A stretch of DNA of 64,000 nt from a bacterium (GCA_028716385.1 JAQUPX010000007.1:17017-81016), one strand, 5' to 3'; counted from the stretch's first letter, positions 38,707 to 48,898 are shown. Notes: a model not told the origin generated them from the letters alone. A program made the numbers and translations.

Positions 38707-39358
38707 TACACTATAAGTGCTATAATAAATAGCATTTGTCAAGTGGAAAAATGATGTTTAAAGAAAATTTATTTGGGGGACAAAAAGACGGGTAATTTCT
38801 GGACGCAGATAGGCGCAGATAAACGCTGGTAAACACAGATAAAAACAGAAATTGTAGTCCGTCTGAGGCAGATAAAAAACAAACTACAACAAAATACAAA
38901 ATTTTTATCCACGAATGGACGCGAATAGACACGAATTAAAACCTTAGAGTTAAAAACAACGGAAAACTGAAAGAATTATTGGACGCAGACAACAAAAAGA
39001 TAACAGGGAAACAGATTAGAAGACTAAAATAATACCGATAAAAAAGTAGAGTTTAAGGGGACTTATCAGGGTCTTTAATCTCGTTCAATCCATATTAAAA
39101 ATCCTTTTTTGTCCATTCGTTTATTTTTCTATCCAATTATTTTATTTTTTATTCTTTGTTTGTTATATTTTACCATGTAAATCTGCGTTTATCTGCGTCC
39201 AAAAAATTTCTGACCACTGACCACTATTGTACTTTCTTTAATTTTCCGCCATTTTCCCTTGTCTTCCGCATAGACCAAAGTTTTCCTTAAAAGCACTTGA
39301 CAAGTAACCCAAAATGATTCAAATAATATTATTATTAAATTTTAAAAAGGAGACAAAA

Positions 39359-40597
39359 ATGACAAAGCGTTTTTTAAGCATATTTTTAGTTTTAAATGCA
39401 TCCTTATCATTCGCATCAAACACAAACATCGGAAAAGCTTTTTCTACAGGACCTATGGCAACGGAAAATCCTTCCGTTTATTTATCCGATGGGAAAGAAT
39501 CCATAATTCCGACTGCTGACGAAATAAAGTTGGACAGTCTTGTAAACGCTGCAAGGCAAAACCCGTCAAGTGTCGGATGGGGTTCTTATTCGGCAGTTCC
39601 GCCTTTAAAGGCAAATATAAATTTATGGAAAGCAAGTATTTTTCACTCCCGGGAAATGGTAGACAGTGGGTATTTCCAGCATGATTCTTATCGTTCGGGT
39701 GGTGCTATGTACGAATCCTGTCGCGTTCGTATTATGACAAGGTTTGCATACACTCCGGACCCCGGCGGCGGTATCGGAGAAAACATTGCCGGAAACTACA
39801 CGGTTGAACTTGCGTTCCAGGCGTGGTTAACTTCCACCGGTCACAGAAACAATATTTTCAGTGCAAACTATACGGAACACGGAATCGGTATTGTTGACGG
39901 GGGAACTTATGGAAAGATGTTCACGCACGACTTCGGAAAAAGAAGCATTGTATATGACCTTACTGCGGCAGTTTCGGATATTTCGTTTTCTATTACCAAT
40001 CCAATGGTTGGAAACACTGTGCAGATTACGGCAGTAATTCACGAACTGCAAAAAACTCATGCATTCCCGGTAATCGTTGAGTTCTATGACGGTGACCCGT
40101 CTTCGGGAGGGACTTTAATCGGAACGGACAAGGTTGACGCGATAATCAACTATAACGGCACGGAAAATGCGGTAATTTCGTGGAACACAACGGGTAAAGA
40201 ACCGGGCAATCACGACATCTGGGTGAAAATCGACCCCGGAAACAAATTCACGGAAACCAATGAAGGCAACAACAGTACATATAAAAGCATATCACTTGGG
40301 CAGGGGACAGAAGAATCGGAAAAAGCAAATTCCGGGTTTAGTCTTTCGGTAGTCTCCGACAAAGAGGTAAATATTTCTTATTCGTTGGACTGTATAGACA
40401 AGTGTTTATTGAGGATTTATGACTGCTGCGGGAATTTGGTAAACACATTGGTAAACGGGAAACAGACAGCGGGTATTTATAGGGTAGACTGGAACAAGAC
40501 GGATTTACGGGCAAAGAAAGTCCCTGCGGGGATATATTTCTGTAATCTTGTCTCCGGAACACGTGAACTAACGAAGAAGATAATCATATTGAAGTAG
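39359..40597 (+). CDS. secreted CAP (SCP/PR-1-like) domain protein with CARDB-like domain and T9SS C-terminal sorting domain
   Basis: RBS AAGGAG then ATG 39359 (MTKRFLSIFLVLNASLSFA signal); CAP motifs GENIAGNYTVELAFQAWLTSTGHRNNIFSANYTEHGIGIV; C-terminal LRIYDCCGNLVNTLVNG…GIYFCNLVSGTRELTKKIIILK. Confidence 0.75.
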   Translation: MTKRFLSIFLVLNASLSFASNTNIGKAFSTGPMATENPSVYLSDGKESIIPTADEIKLDSLVNAARQNPSSVGWGSYSAVPPLKANINLWKASIFHSREMVDSGYFQHDSYRSGGAMYESCRVRIMTRFAYTPDPGGGIGENIAGNYTVELAFQAWLTSTGHRNNIFSANYTEHGIGIVDGGTYGKMFTHDFGKRSIVYDLTAAVSDISFSITNPMVGNTVQITAVIHELQKTHAFPVIVEFYDGDPSSGGTLIGTDKVDAIINYNGTENAVISWNTTGKEPGNHDIWVKIDPGNKFTETNEGNNSTYKSISLGQGTEESEKANSGFSLSVVSDKEVNISYSLDCIDKCLLRIYDCCGNLVNTLVNGKQTAGIYRVDWNKTDLRAKKVPAGIYFCNLVSGTRELTKKIIILK

Positions 40598-40894
40598 ACA
40601 GTCTCTGACGAGACTGAGTTATTAGGATACTAGGATATTAGTTATTAGGTAATTATTTTTTGCACTTCGGAATGTTGTCATTCTGATCCGCCTCAGGCGG
40701 AGAAGAATCTCTCTGTTTTTTTCTGTAACCTGCCTGTCCGCCGAAGGCGGAATATTCTGATCTTCTGATATTCTGTCTGCTGATCCTCTGATTTGCTCAT
40801 ATACTGTCTGTTTCCGATTAACTAATACCCTAATACACTATTAACTAATTTCCCTTGACTATCTATTTACGCCCTATAAACTCCCTTACAACAA

Positions 40895-41506
40895 ATGAAG
40901 AAACTTCTACCTTTTCTATTAGTGTTCGTATGTATTTTAAGTTTTTCGTGTGCGCGTTACGAAAGCAAGTTACTCGTCCATCAAACAAAATCATGCGTAG
41001 TAACTATCGTTATATGCGATTCCGGAGGGAAGAAAATCAAGCAGGGTAGCGGTTTTTTCATAGACGATTTGGGAGGACTTGCGACTTCTGCCTACCTTAT
41101 ACGTGGCGCTTCAAAGATTCGCGTTTACGCGGGTGATTCAAAAGGGAAATTTTTAACTGCGCAGGTGATTAATTCCAATTTACGTAACGGCATAGCGGTT
41201 CTGCAGGTTCCCGGGAAATGGGGTTCTTCTGTCAGGTTTGATTTTTCGTATATTCCGACTATCGGGGATAAAATCGTGGCAATTAGTATGCGGGGGAATG
41301 GGCAAAGCGCATCCGAAGGCGTGATAGTTGGTTTCAAGGATTTTCAAGGAAAGAAATACATTGAGTTCAGTGGGGTAGTTTCCGAAGAAAGCACCGGCGC
41401 TCCTTTATTAAATATGCAAGGGAAAGTAATCGGGGTAGTGGATTGCGAAATGAATTCTATCTTAAAATCAGAAAAATCTTCCTTCGCGCTAAAGTTCCAT
41501 AAGTAG
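40895..41506 (+). CDS. trypsin-like (S1) domain lipoprotein, possibly catalytically degenerate
   Basis: Lipoprotein signal MKKLLPFLLVFVCILSFSCA; trypsin-fold-like segments (GSGFFIDDLGGLATSAYLI, VIGVV), but the GDSGGP box reads EESTGAPL. Confidence 0.45.
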   Translation: MKKLLPFLLVFVCILSFSCARYESKLLVHQTKSCVVTIVICDSGGKKIKQGSGFFIDDLGGLATSAYLIRGASKIRVYAGDSKGKFLTAQVINSNLRNGIAVLQVPGKWGSSVRFDFSYIPTIGDKIVAISMRGNGQSASEGVIVGFKDFQGKKYIEFSGVVSEESTGAPLLNMQGKVIGVVDCEMNSILKSEKSSFALKFHK

Positions 41507-41619
41507 GCGCTAAGACACAAAAAAAATAAAATTAAACCACAGAGGGCGCAGAAAACAAATAGTTTAAACGTTTAATTATTTGCATGTTTGAGAGTTAAAA
41601 AACGAACTACAAAAGTTAA

Positions 41620-41648
41620 TTGACAAGATGAAATATAAGGATAAATAT
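41620..41648 (+). promoter_or_regulatory. putative sigma70-type promoter (AATTGACAAG-type -35)
   Basis: TTGACA at 41620-41625 with an A-rich upstream tract; an AT-rich hexamer ~17 bp downstream; the same AATTGACAAG context occurs at 43322 and 39297. Confidence 0.3.
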
Positions 41649-41665
41649 GAGGCATAAGATAAAAA

Positions 41666-42097
41666 ATGGAGGACAAAATGAAAAGAATTTACAGGTCTCG
41701 TAAAGACCATAGAATAGGCGGTGTGTGCGGCGGCATGGGTGAATATTTTGAAATAGACCCCGTCCTGATAAGAGTTATCTGGGTAGCAGCGATTATTTTA
41801 GCCGGAGCCGGAATAGTAGCCTATATTATCGCATGGGCTGTCATTCCTCTCCAACCGGAACAAGAAGAGACGGATAAACCGGATAAACAGACTGCGCCCA
41901 CTCCCGTGAATAAACCCTCTCTCGAAGAACGCAGAAAAAGCAGGAGAGTCGTATCGGGATTAATTATTATCACTATCGGCGTGCTATTTTTAGTAAATAA
42001 CTTGTTTTCTTATTGGGATTTTGAGAAATTCTGGCCATTGATTTTGATAGTTCTTGGTATCGCTATCCTCATTATGGAACCGAGAAAGGAGAGGTAA
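41666..42097 (+). CDS. PspC-domain membrane protein
   Basis: PspC signature …RIGGVCGGMGEYFEIDPVLIRVIWV… followed by TM helices. Confidence 0.8.
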   Translation: MEDKMKRIYRSRKDHRIGGVCGGMGEYFEIDPVLIRVIWVAAIILAGAGIVAYIIAWAVIPLQPEQEETDKPDKQTAPTPVNKPSLEERRKSRRVVSGLIIITIGVLFLVNNLFSYWDFEKFWPLILIVLGIAILIMEPRKER

Positions 42098-42098
42098 T

Positions 42099-43007
42099 AT
42101 GATTTGGGGTTCAATATTAATTTGTTTTGGATGTACCTTCCTTCTTATAAATTTGGGTTATCTTGAATGGTCTGTGCTTCACAAGGTACTCTTACTATGG
42201 CCTATACTATTGATAGTGATTGGAATAGAACATCTTGTGTCTAATACTCGTTTCCATTTTCTGAGATTTTTAACCCCTTTGATAATCTTAGGAACGTTCT
42301 TTCTGGTTATCCTCAAAGCTGCCGTTCCCGGGGAACACATACAGAATCAAAGTTCCATTCATTTTTCACAACCTCTGGATAAAAATATGTCTTCAGGTGA
42401 AGTCTTGCTTGAATCCGGAACGGGTAATTTTTTTATTTCCGGAGGAACTTCCGATTTCCTTGATGCAGACCTAAGTTATTATGATTATGCGCCTAAAATA
42501 GAGAACAATAAAGAAACATTGAGCGATACTTCCGTTACTCAAAAAGTAAATATCCAAATGGAAGACGAGAATTTTCATAGTCCTCATCCTTTTGACTCCT
42601 TCAATCGTAATAACCTGTGGAAAATAAAATTAACAAACCAAATTCCCATTAATATAGATCTGAACACGGGCGCATGTAAAGTAAATATGGATATGTCCAC
42701 TCTCAAGATAGAGTCTTTGAATATGAACGTAGGCGTCGGAGAAATCAAACTCAAGTTCTCAGATTTACTCCCAAACGCTAAAGTCAACATAAACGGGGGC
42801 GTTTCAAAGTTACTCATAAGCGTCCCTAAAACTCTTGGCGTAAAAGTCTTATTGGATAATGCTTTATCTGAAAATAATCTTAAAAAACTTCGTTTCACAA
42901 AAGGGAGCGATGAGTGTTATTACTCTCCCGATTATTCCACTTCCGTTAATAAGATTGAAATTGATTTGTCTCTCGGCGTAAGCCGTTTCACGCTAACCCG
43001 GTATTGA
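42099..43007 (+). CDS. membrane protein with beta-rich C-terminal domain (DUF4097/LiaF/YvlB-like)
   Basis: RBS AAGGAGAGG then ATG 42099; three N-terminal TM helices, then an Asn/Ser-rich beta-strand region; gene pairing with a PspC-domain gene as in yvlB-yvlC. Confidence 0.5.
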   Translation: MIWGSILICFGCTFLLINLGYLEWSVLHKVLLLWPILLIVIGIEHLVSNTRFHFLRFLTPLIILGTFFLVILKAAVPGEHIQNQSSIHFSQPLDKNMSSGEVLLESGTGNFFISGGTSDFLDADLSYYDYAPKIENNKETLSDTSVTQKVNIQMEDENFHSPHPFDSFNRNNLWKIKLTNQIPINIDLNTGACKVNMDMSTLKIESLNMNVGVGEIKLKFSDLLPNAKVNINGGVSKLLISVPKTLGVKVLLDNALSENNLKKLRFTKGSDECYYSPDYSTSVNKIEIDLSLGVSRFTLTRY

Positions 43008-43323
43008 TACTATCACCACAAAATTGAAACTGCCTATCCAAACAGACTGGGTAGGCACGCGAGATTTTCACCGCAGACCCCACGAAGCTGGCAACCTGTT
43101 TGAGGTTTGAAAGTAAAAAAACAACGGAAAACAAATAACCACGAAAGTATAAAAAGAAGAAAAAAGTACGAAAAAAAGAGAACAGAAAAAAATATTAGCC
43201 CGGTAAAGACAGATAATTTAGCTTCTTCCGCTTCGCTCCACCACCGCCAAGGCGGGGTGTCGTTTCACTCCAGATAAGCATCTCTAATCCGCCAGAGGCG
43301 GAAAGAGCTGCCTAAAAATATAA

Positions 43324-43352
43324 TTGACAAGACGAAAAACAAAGATATATAG
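43324..43352 (+). promoter_or_regulatory. putative sigma70-type promoter (AATTGACAAG-type -35)
   Basis: TTGACA at 43324-43329; TATATA-like hexamer 17-18 bp downstream, immediately before ATG 43353. Confidence 0.3.
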
Positions 43353-44657
43353 ATGAATAAGATGGTTGTAATATTATTTATTTTAGGCGTTTCCCCGAAT
43401 ATAGCAGTTACGCCGGATATATTAAAATTTGCATGGGGCGTAAGCAGCGAAAAAAGTTCTTTCATAGGACATTCTTCCATTAATATTACGAACGAAATAT
43501 CACATACTCCAAAGTTAATATGTAACAAAAAGATTATTTCAATGCCGGGAATAGGCGCAGACTTTTTACCTGAAAAGAAAAATAAATTGGGCGGGAAGGC
43601 AGACGTGATAGATACTTTGTTGCCCATATTAGACCCGCCTTTTTTCTGGTGGCAATCCTCGTACCGTATTGAATATGAGGCAACACAACTTACTCCCGTT
43701 TCTCCCTGTTCCGTAATTACTCTAATACATGGAGTTGTTTCTCCAACGGCAGGAGCTTCAAAACAATGCAGTCTATTTATATGGTCGGATTTAGCCGGTT
43801 CCCCTGGGACAAAACTTTTTAAAGCGGAATACACGGCTACCGCAGATAGCGCAAATCAAGCATTCATAAATAAAATTAATATAATTCCTCGTGTCTATGT
43901 AACAGGACCTTTCTGGGTTGGAAACTACGAAGCGGATACACTCTTTCCAACATCCATAGTTGATAGTCTCTGCAACAGTAGTAAATATTATAATCCGGAT
44001 TCTTCTCAATGGGTAACCGATTATGCGGATTATTTTCACGGTGCTATCGTGAAATACGTAGAAGCTCCACATTACGATACTCTTACAACAATGACAATAA
44101 CAAATACAGGAGATGCAAACTTAAACGTAACCAATATTACAAAAAGTGATTCGTGGATTGTGTCGGTTAATCCTACGAATTTTACGGTTGCTCCCGGTAA
44201 TTCACGGGATATTAACGTAATAGTTACCCGTGACGGATTAAGCGCAGGGACTCATTACGGGTCTCTCAGTGTTTATTCAAATGACCCGGATACAAGCACT
44301 TATATTGAACCGGTTAAGTTTGTGATAGTGGACGTAGGGGCAGAAGAGAAATTAAATATTAAAAATCAAAAATTAAATATAAAAATAAAGCAGAATCTAT
44401 TCTCTCAATCTACAGTTATTAATTATGAAATACCTGCCACAAGTAAAGTTTCATTAAAGCTTTATGATATAACAGGGAGTTGTGTGAAAACACTCATAAA
44501 TGAAGAAAAACCGGCGGGGAGTTATAGTATTGCGCTAAACGCAGACAAACTAAAAACAGGTATTTATTTTGTGAGACTAACAGCAGTTTGTCTTTCTGCG
44601 CGTAGCGAAGAATCTAGTATAATTAAAGAAACGAAAAAATTGATTTTAATGAAGTAA
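43353..44657 (+). CDS. secreted protein with T9SS C-terminal sorting domain
   Basis: Signal-like N-terminus; C-terminal KVSLKLYDITGSCVKTLINEEKPAGSYSIALNADKLKTGIYFVRLTAV…KKLILMK. Confidence 0.7.
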   Translation: MNKMVVILFILGVSPNIAVTPDILKFAWGVSSEKSSFIGHSSINITNEISHTPKLICNKKIISMPGIGADFLPEKKNKLGGKADVIDTLLPILDPPFFWWQSSYRIEYEATQLTPVSPCSVITLIHGVVSPTAGASKQCSLFIWSDLAGSPGTKLFKAEYTATADSANQAFINKINIIPRVYVTGPFWVGNYEADTLFPTSIVDSLCNSSKYYNPDSSQWVTDYADYFHGAIVKYVEAPHYDTLTTMTITNTGDANLNVTNITKSDSWIVSVNPTNFTVAPGNSRDINVIVTRDGLSAGTHYGSLSVYSNDPDTSTYIEPVKFVIVDVGAEEKLNIKNQKLNIKIKQNLFSQSTVINYEIPATSKVSLKLYDITGSCVKTLINEEKPAGSYSIALNADKLKTGIYFVRLTAVCLSARSEESSIIKETKKLILMK

Positions 44658-44659
44658 CA

Positions 44660-44692
44660 AAAGAGAAATTCTCACCGCAGAGACGCAGAGAG
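44660..44692 (+). repeat. triple-CGCAGAG element copy just after a stop codon
   Basis: ATTCTCACCGCAGAGACGCAGAGAGCGCAAAGAAC. Confidence 0.75.
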
Positions 44693-44750
44693 CGCAAAGA
44701 ACTAGAAACAAAGGAAACTTTATAGTTAAAAGATGAAATAAAGGAGAATT

Positions 44751-46469
44751 ATGAAAAAATATCTTACATTATTTACACTGCTATTGCTTGCAACCAAAGC
44801 AATTGCAAGCACACCAGATGTTCTCTGGACAAAAAATTATGGCGGAGCTAGCGATGATCGGGGGCAATCAGTCCAACAGACTGAAGATGGAGGGTTTATT
44901 ATTGCAGGAGAGACATGTTCTTTCGGGGCAGGCGGTTTTGATATCTACCTGATTAAAACAAATTCTTACGGTGATACTCTTTGGACAAGAACTTTTGGCG
45001 GGACGGAAGAAGATTTTGGATATTCAGCTCAACAAACAAATGACGGAGGCTATATAATCACAGGGTACACCGGGTCTTATGGTGCCGGGAGTTATGATTT
45101 GTGGTTAATAAAGACGGATAGTAGTGGGAATAAAACCTGGGATAAAACTTTCGGCGGGACTGCTAGTGATGTTGGCAATTCAATTCAACAAACAAATGAC
45201 GGAGGCTATATAATCACGGGTTTACATAATGGCTATTATTTTTGGCTAGTAAAGACAGATGTTAATGGGGATAGTTTATGGACAACGGTTTTTTTCGGTG
45301 GAATGTATGACAGTGAGGGCAATTCCGTTCAACAGACAACGGATAGTGGTTATATAATCACAGGGTATTCCTGGCCTTATGACACTGTTGGCCCTGGTCC
45401 TCGTTTTAATGATGTTTGGCTAATAAAAACAGATGCAAAGGGAGACACATTATGGACAAAAACTTATGATGGTATTAATAGTTATAATGATTACGGTTAT
45501 TCCGTTCAGCAAACAAAGGATGGTGGATATATAATAGTAGGAGGAACCGGAATTTCTTTTGGTGGTAATGACAATATGTGGTTAATAAAGACGGATGCAA
45601 ATGGCGATACACTCTGGACAAGAACTTACGGCGGAAATTACGATGATGTAGGTTTTTCCGTTCAGCAGACAAGAGATGGCGGATATATAATTACAGGTTA
45701 TTACTATAATATAGATCTTTATGCGTGGCTGGTAAGGACAGATAATAATGGAGACACGCTTTGGACGAAAACTGTGTATGAAGCTCAAGGCAATTCGGTT
45801 CGGCAGACAAAGGATGGTGGTTACATAATTACGGGAACTACTTCTTTTTGTGATGCAATACTGATAAAAACCGGTCTTTTAAAACTTATTTTTCCGAAAG
45901 GAAGTGAGACTTTTACCGGTGGCAACAACTGCGGTGTAATATGGCAATGCGATGACACTACTTTTGTAAACCATTATAGATTGCTATATTCTATTGATGG
46001 GGGGAATACTTATTTAGATACTATTGCACACAACGTTTCTTCGACAGACACTTCATATATATGGACAGTACCTTCTATAAATTGCACGACCTGTCGTATA
46101 AAACTTCAAGCTCTTGATTCAAGTAATCAAGTAGTGACTGAAACTTGTAGTGACAATGATTTCTCTATTCTAAAAGAGGGAATAGAAACAGATACATTAT
46201 CTATACCCAAAATATTCTTTCTTATTAACTCTCCGACTTCACTTTTTAAGCAAATAATTTTTATTTATAACATTCCATTGCCAAATAAAGTTTCGCTACG
46301 ACTTTACGATCTTTCCGGAAGAGAAGTCAGGATGCTTGTGGATGGGGAAAAACCGGCGGGGAGTTATAGTGTTACGCTAAACGCAAACAAACTAAAAGCG
46401 GGAGTTTATTTTGTGAGACTGACGACGGGGGAGCAGAAGATTGTGAAGAAGTTGGTTTTAATGAAGTAG
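44751..46469 (+). CDS. secreted beta-propeller (SBBP-type repeat) protein with T9SS C-terminal sorting domain
   Basis: RBS AAGGAG; signal MKKYLTLFTLLLLATKAIAS; eight ~48-aa repeats (D…G.SVQQT.DGGYIITGYT…W LIKTD.NGDTLWTKT.GG); C-terminal KVSLRLYDLSGREVRMLVDGEKPAGSYSVTLNANKLKAGVYFVRLTT…KKLVLMK. Confidence 0.8.
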   Translation: MKKYLTLFTLLLLATKAIASTPDVLWTKNYGGASDDRGQSVQQTEDGGFIIAGETCSFGAGGFDIYLIKTNSYGDTLWTRTFGGTEEDFGYSAQQTNDGGYIITGYTGSYGAGSYDLWLIKTDSSGNKTWDKTFGGTASDVGNSIQQTNDGGYIITGLHNGYYFWLVKTDVNGDSLWTTVFFGGMYDSEGNSVQQTTDSGYIITGYSWPYDTVGPGPRFNDVWLIKTDAKGDTLWTKTYDGINSYNDYGYSVQQTKDGGYIIVGGTGISFGGNDNMWLIKTDANGDTLWTRTYGGNYDDVGFSVQQTRDGGYIITGYYYNIDLYAWLVRTDNNGDTLWTKTVYEAQGNSVRQTKDGGYIITGTTSFCDAILIKTGLLKLIFPKGSETFTGGNNCGVIWQCDDTTFVNHYRLLYSIDGGNTYLDTIAHNVSSTDTSYIWTVPSINCTTCRIKLQALDSSNQVVTETCSDNDFSILKEGIETDTLSIPKIFFLINSPTSLFKQIIFIYNIPLPNKVSLRLYDLSGREVRMLVDGEKPAGSYSVTLNANKLKAGVYFVRLTTGEQKIVKKLVLMK

Positions 46470-46523
46470 GGGAAAATAGTAAGGATTGTAAGAACTGTAA
46501 AAACTGTAACTTATTGCAACAGA

Positions 46524-46558
46524 ACTGAAAAACAATGGATTCCTGCTTTCGCAGGAAT
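46524..46558 (-). terminator. intrinsic terminator for the dinG-like gene (minus strand)
   Basis: ATTCCTGC, loop TTTC, GCAGGAAT hairpin at 46539-46558; on the minus strand it is followed by TTGTTTTTC. Confidence 0.55.
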
Positions 46559-46636
46559 GCCCAGCGAAGCCGGATAAGAAACTCTACGGGCTAAAGCCTA
46601 AGAGTTTCTAAACAAATTAAGAGATGGATTTGGTTT

Positions 46637-48592
46637 TTACTTTAACACTGCTTTTTTATCTTTGAAGAATTTTTCTACGGGTTTGATATCGCGGACTCTT
46701 TTGTGCATCGGAAGAGATGCTATAAACGTCCTGCCGTATTCCTTGTTCACTATCCTCATATCCAGTATGGCTACGATTCCAAAATCTTCTTTTCTCCTGA
46801 TGAGCCTCCCAAACCCCTGTTTCAACTGCATCACGGCTTGAGGAAGCTGGTACTCGATAAACGGAATCCCGCCGTCCTCGGTTATTTTTTCCGCTCTTGA
46901 TTCGGTTATCGGAGAATCCGGAACTTCAAACGGTAACTTCGTTATAATGACCGTACTTAAAGCTTTTCCCGGGATGTCTATTCCCTGCCAGAAACTCGAA
47001 ACTCCAAACAAAACCGAAGGCTTTTCCTTGAATCTCCGCAACAACTCGTTCTTTCCGAACTCGTCCTGTTTTAAACAGGGAACGCTTAGTTTGCCGTTTA
47101 ACATACTATATACACCATTCATCAATTTGAAACTCGTAAACAAAACAAGCGTCCCGCCGGTCTGCGAAGTCGTTTTCACCAGCGTCTCCACCTGTTTAGC
47201 AATAAACTCCGGGTATTTCAGGTCTTTCGGCAAGATACCTTTTGCGGGGATATACAGGATTACATTGTCCTTATAATCAAAAGACGACGCTAACAACAAC
47301 TCTTTCCGTGTTGTCATTCCGATTCTGTCGGCGACGAAATCGAACTTTTTGTCCACAGTTAAAGTCGCAGAAGTAAGCACTATCGGGATGTCGTGACTAA
47401 AAACGTTTTTCTGCATCCACGAAGCAACGCTTATCGGGGCGCTTCTTATGGCAATGCGGGGTTTTCTCGCATCACGGTATTGCGAAGATTCTATCCAGTG
47501 AACGGTATCGGGCTCTTTTTGCTCGAGAAAAGAATTGAGCGTCGCCCTGATGTTGCTGCATTTGGTAATATATTTTTCAAGTTCAACCATCCTTTCCGGG
47601 TCATCGGTTCTTTTTCTTATTTCTTTTAAGGCTTTCCTGATGGTATCAAACTCGGTCGGGAACTCGCTCCCGATTTTATCAATCACACGAAAAGTTTTGT
47701 TTTTGCCTGCAATGTTCTTTATCATATTAAAGAAATCCGTTGACGCACCGGAAACGCTTCTTACGATTTCGGTAAACTCGGGGACTTTTCCGATTTCCCT
47801 TTTTATGATTCTTAAAAAATAATCTATACTGTAGTTTGATATGTCAATCCCGGCAAAGGACGTCGCCACGTCTTCAAGTTCGTGTGCTTCGTCGAAAACG
47901 AGAGCGTCATACTCGGGAAGGATTTTTCGTCCGCTTGCAACGTCCGCAAAAAACAACCAGTGGTTGACAAGAATGACATCCGCCTTTTTTAGGTTTTCGC
48001 GGGCTTTCTTGTAGAAACAGCGATTGAAATAACTGCATTTCTGTCCGATACATAAGTCCGGGTCTCTTGAGAATTCATTGAATATATCGCTGACGCCTTC
48101 TTTTTCGAATTCGCTTCTTAGACCGGTTTCGGTTTTGGCAGACCATAGGATAAGCCTGTCGGTTTCTTTGCTTTTTTCCCCGGGAAACAGGAGCTGCATT
48201 TTTTCGATTACAAGTTTATCTTTTCTGCGCAGGCAGAGATAATTTGCCGAGCCCAACGCTAAAGAAGCTTTGAATTCAAGCCCTGCGGACTGGAGAAGGG
48301 GAATATCTTTTTCCATTAACTGCTGCTGTAAAGTTTTTGTGTAAGTGGAAACGACAAGCCTGCTGTGTTGTTCGCCTGTTTTGTTTTGAGATGGGTTTGA
48401 GTTTTTGATAAAGTTGATAATGGGTAAGAGGTACGCAAACGATTTCCCTATACCCGTTCCTGCTTCGCAGATGAGGTGTTCTTTTGTGAGCAAAATCTCG
48501 CCGATTGCATTGGACATAGTAATCTGGTCTGAGCGCTGCTCGAAGTCAGGAAGAGACTTCGCAAGATTCGACCAAATATTAAGAATGTCCAT
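46637..48592 (-). CDS. DinG/XPD-family ATP-dependent 5-prime-3-prime DNA helicase with Fe-S cluster domain
   Basis: Walker A (EAGTGIGKSFAYL), DEAH box (VFDEAHELEDV), four-Cys Fe-S cluster between them (C…C…C…C in LCLRRKD…CIGQKCSYFNRCFY). Confidence 0.85.
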   Translation of the reverse strand: MDILNIWSNLAKSLPDFEQRSDQITMSNAIGEILLTKEHLICEAGTGIGKSFAYLLPIINFIKNSNPSQNKTGEQHSRLVVSTYTKTLQQQLMEKDIPLLQSAGLEFKASLALGSANYLCLRRKDKLVIEKMQLLFPGEKSKETDRLILWSAKTETGLRSEFEKEGVSDIFNEFSRDPDLCIGQKCSYFNRCFYKKARENLKKADVILVNHWLFFADVASGRKILPEYDALVFDEAHELEDVATSFAGIDISNYSIDYFLRIIKREIGKVPEFTEIVRSVSGASTDFFNMIKNIAGKNKTFRVIDKIGSEFPTEFDTIRKALKEIRKRTDDPERMVELEKYITKCSNIRATLNSFLEQKEPDTVHWIESSQYRDARKPRIAIRSAPISVASWMQKNVFSHDIPIVLTSATLTVDKKFDFVADRIGMTTRKELLLASSFDYKDNVILYIPAKGILPKDLKYPEFIAKQVETLVKTTSQTGGTLVLFTSFKLMNGVYSMLNGKLSVPCLKQDEFGKNELLRRFKEKPSVLFGVSSFWQGIDIPGKALSTVIITKLPFEVPDSPITESRAEKITEDGGIPFIEYQLPQAVMQLKQGFGRLIRRKEDFGIVAILDMRIVNKEYGRTFIASLPMHKRVRDIKPVEKFFKDKKAVLK

Positions 48593-48642
48593 AATAAAGA
48601 AATATCAAAAATCAAATATTAAAAATCAAAAATAACAACAGA

Positions 48643-48680
48643 AAATTTCACCGCAGAGACACAAAGAACGCAGAGAATAA
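48643..48680 (+). repeat. triple-CGCAGAG element copy
   Basis: AAAATTTCACCGCAGAGACACAAAGAACGCAGAGAATAAAAC. Confidence 0.7.
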
Positions 48681-48898
48681 AACATAAAAGAAAAAGAGTT
48701 TTATCCACGAATGGACGCAAATTAATACAAAAAAAGGGAATAGAAAGATAATAACTAATTTCCATTTTCCTTAACCCGCCCTCTCCTTTTTTAATCCGTG
48801 AAAATCCGCGTTTGTTATCCGTGGCTAAATTTTCTTTAATTCTGTTATTTGTTAGTTTTTTAACGTTCAAACCTTTTGTTATCTGCGAAAATCTGCGT

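Noticed and set aside
43265-43834. 189-aa minus-strand ORF
   Set aside because: Largely overlaps the plus-strand cargo gene at 43353-44657, which has a recognisable signal peptide and sorting domain; the antisense ORF is low-complexity.
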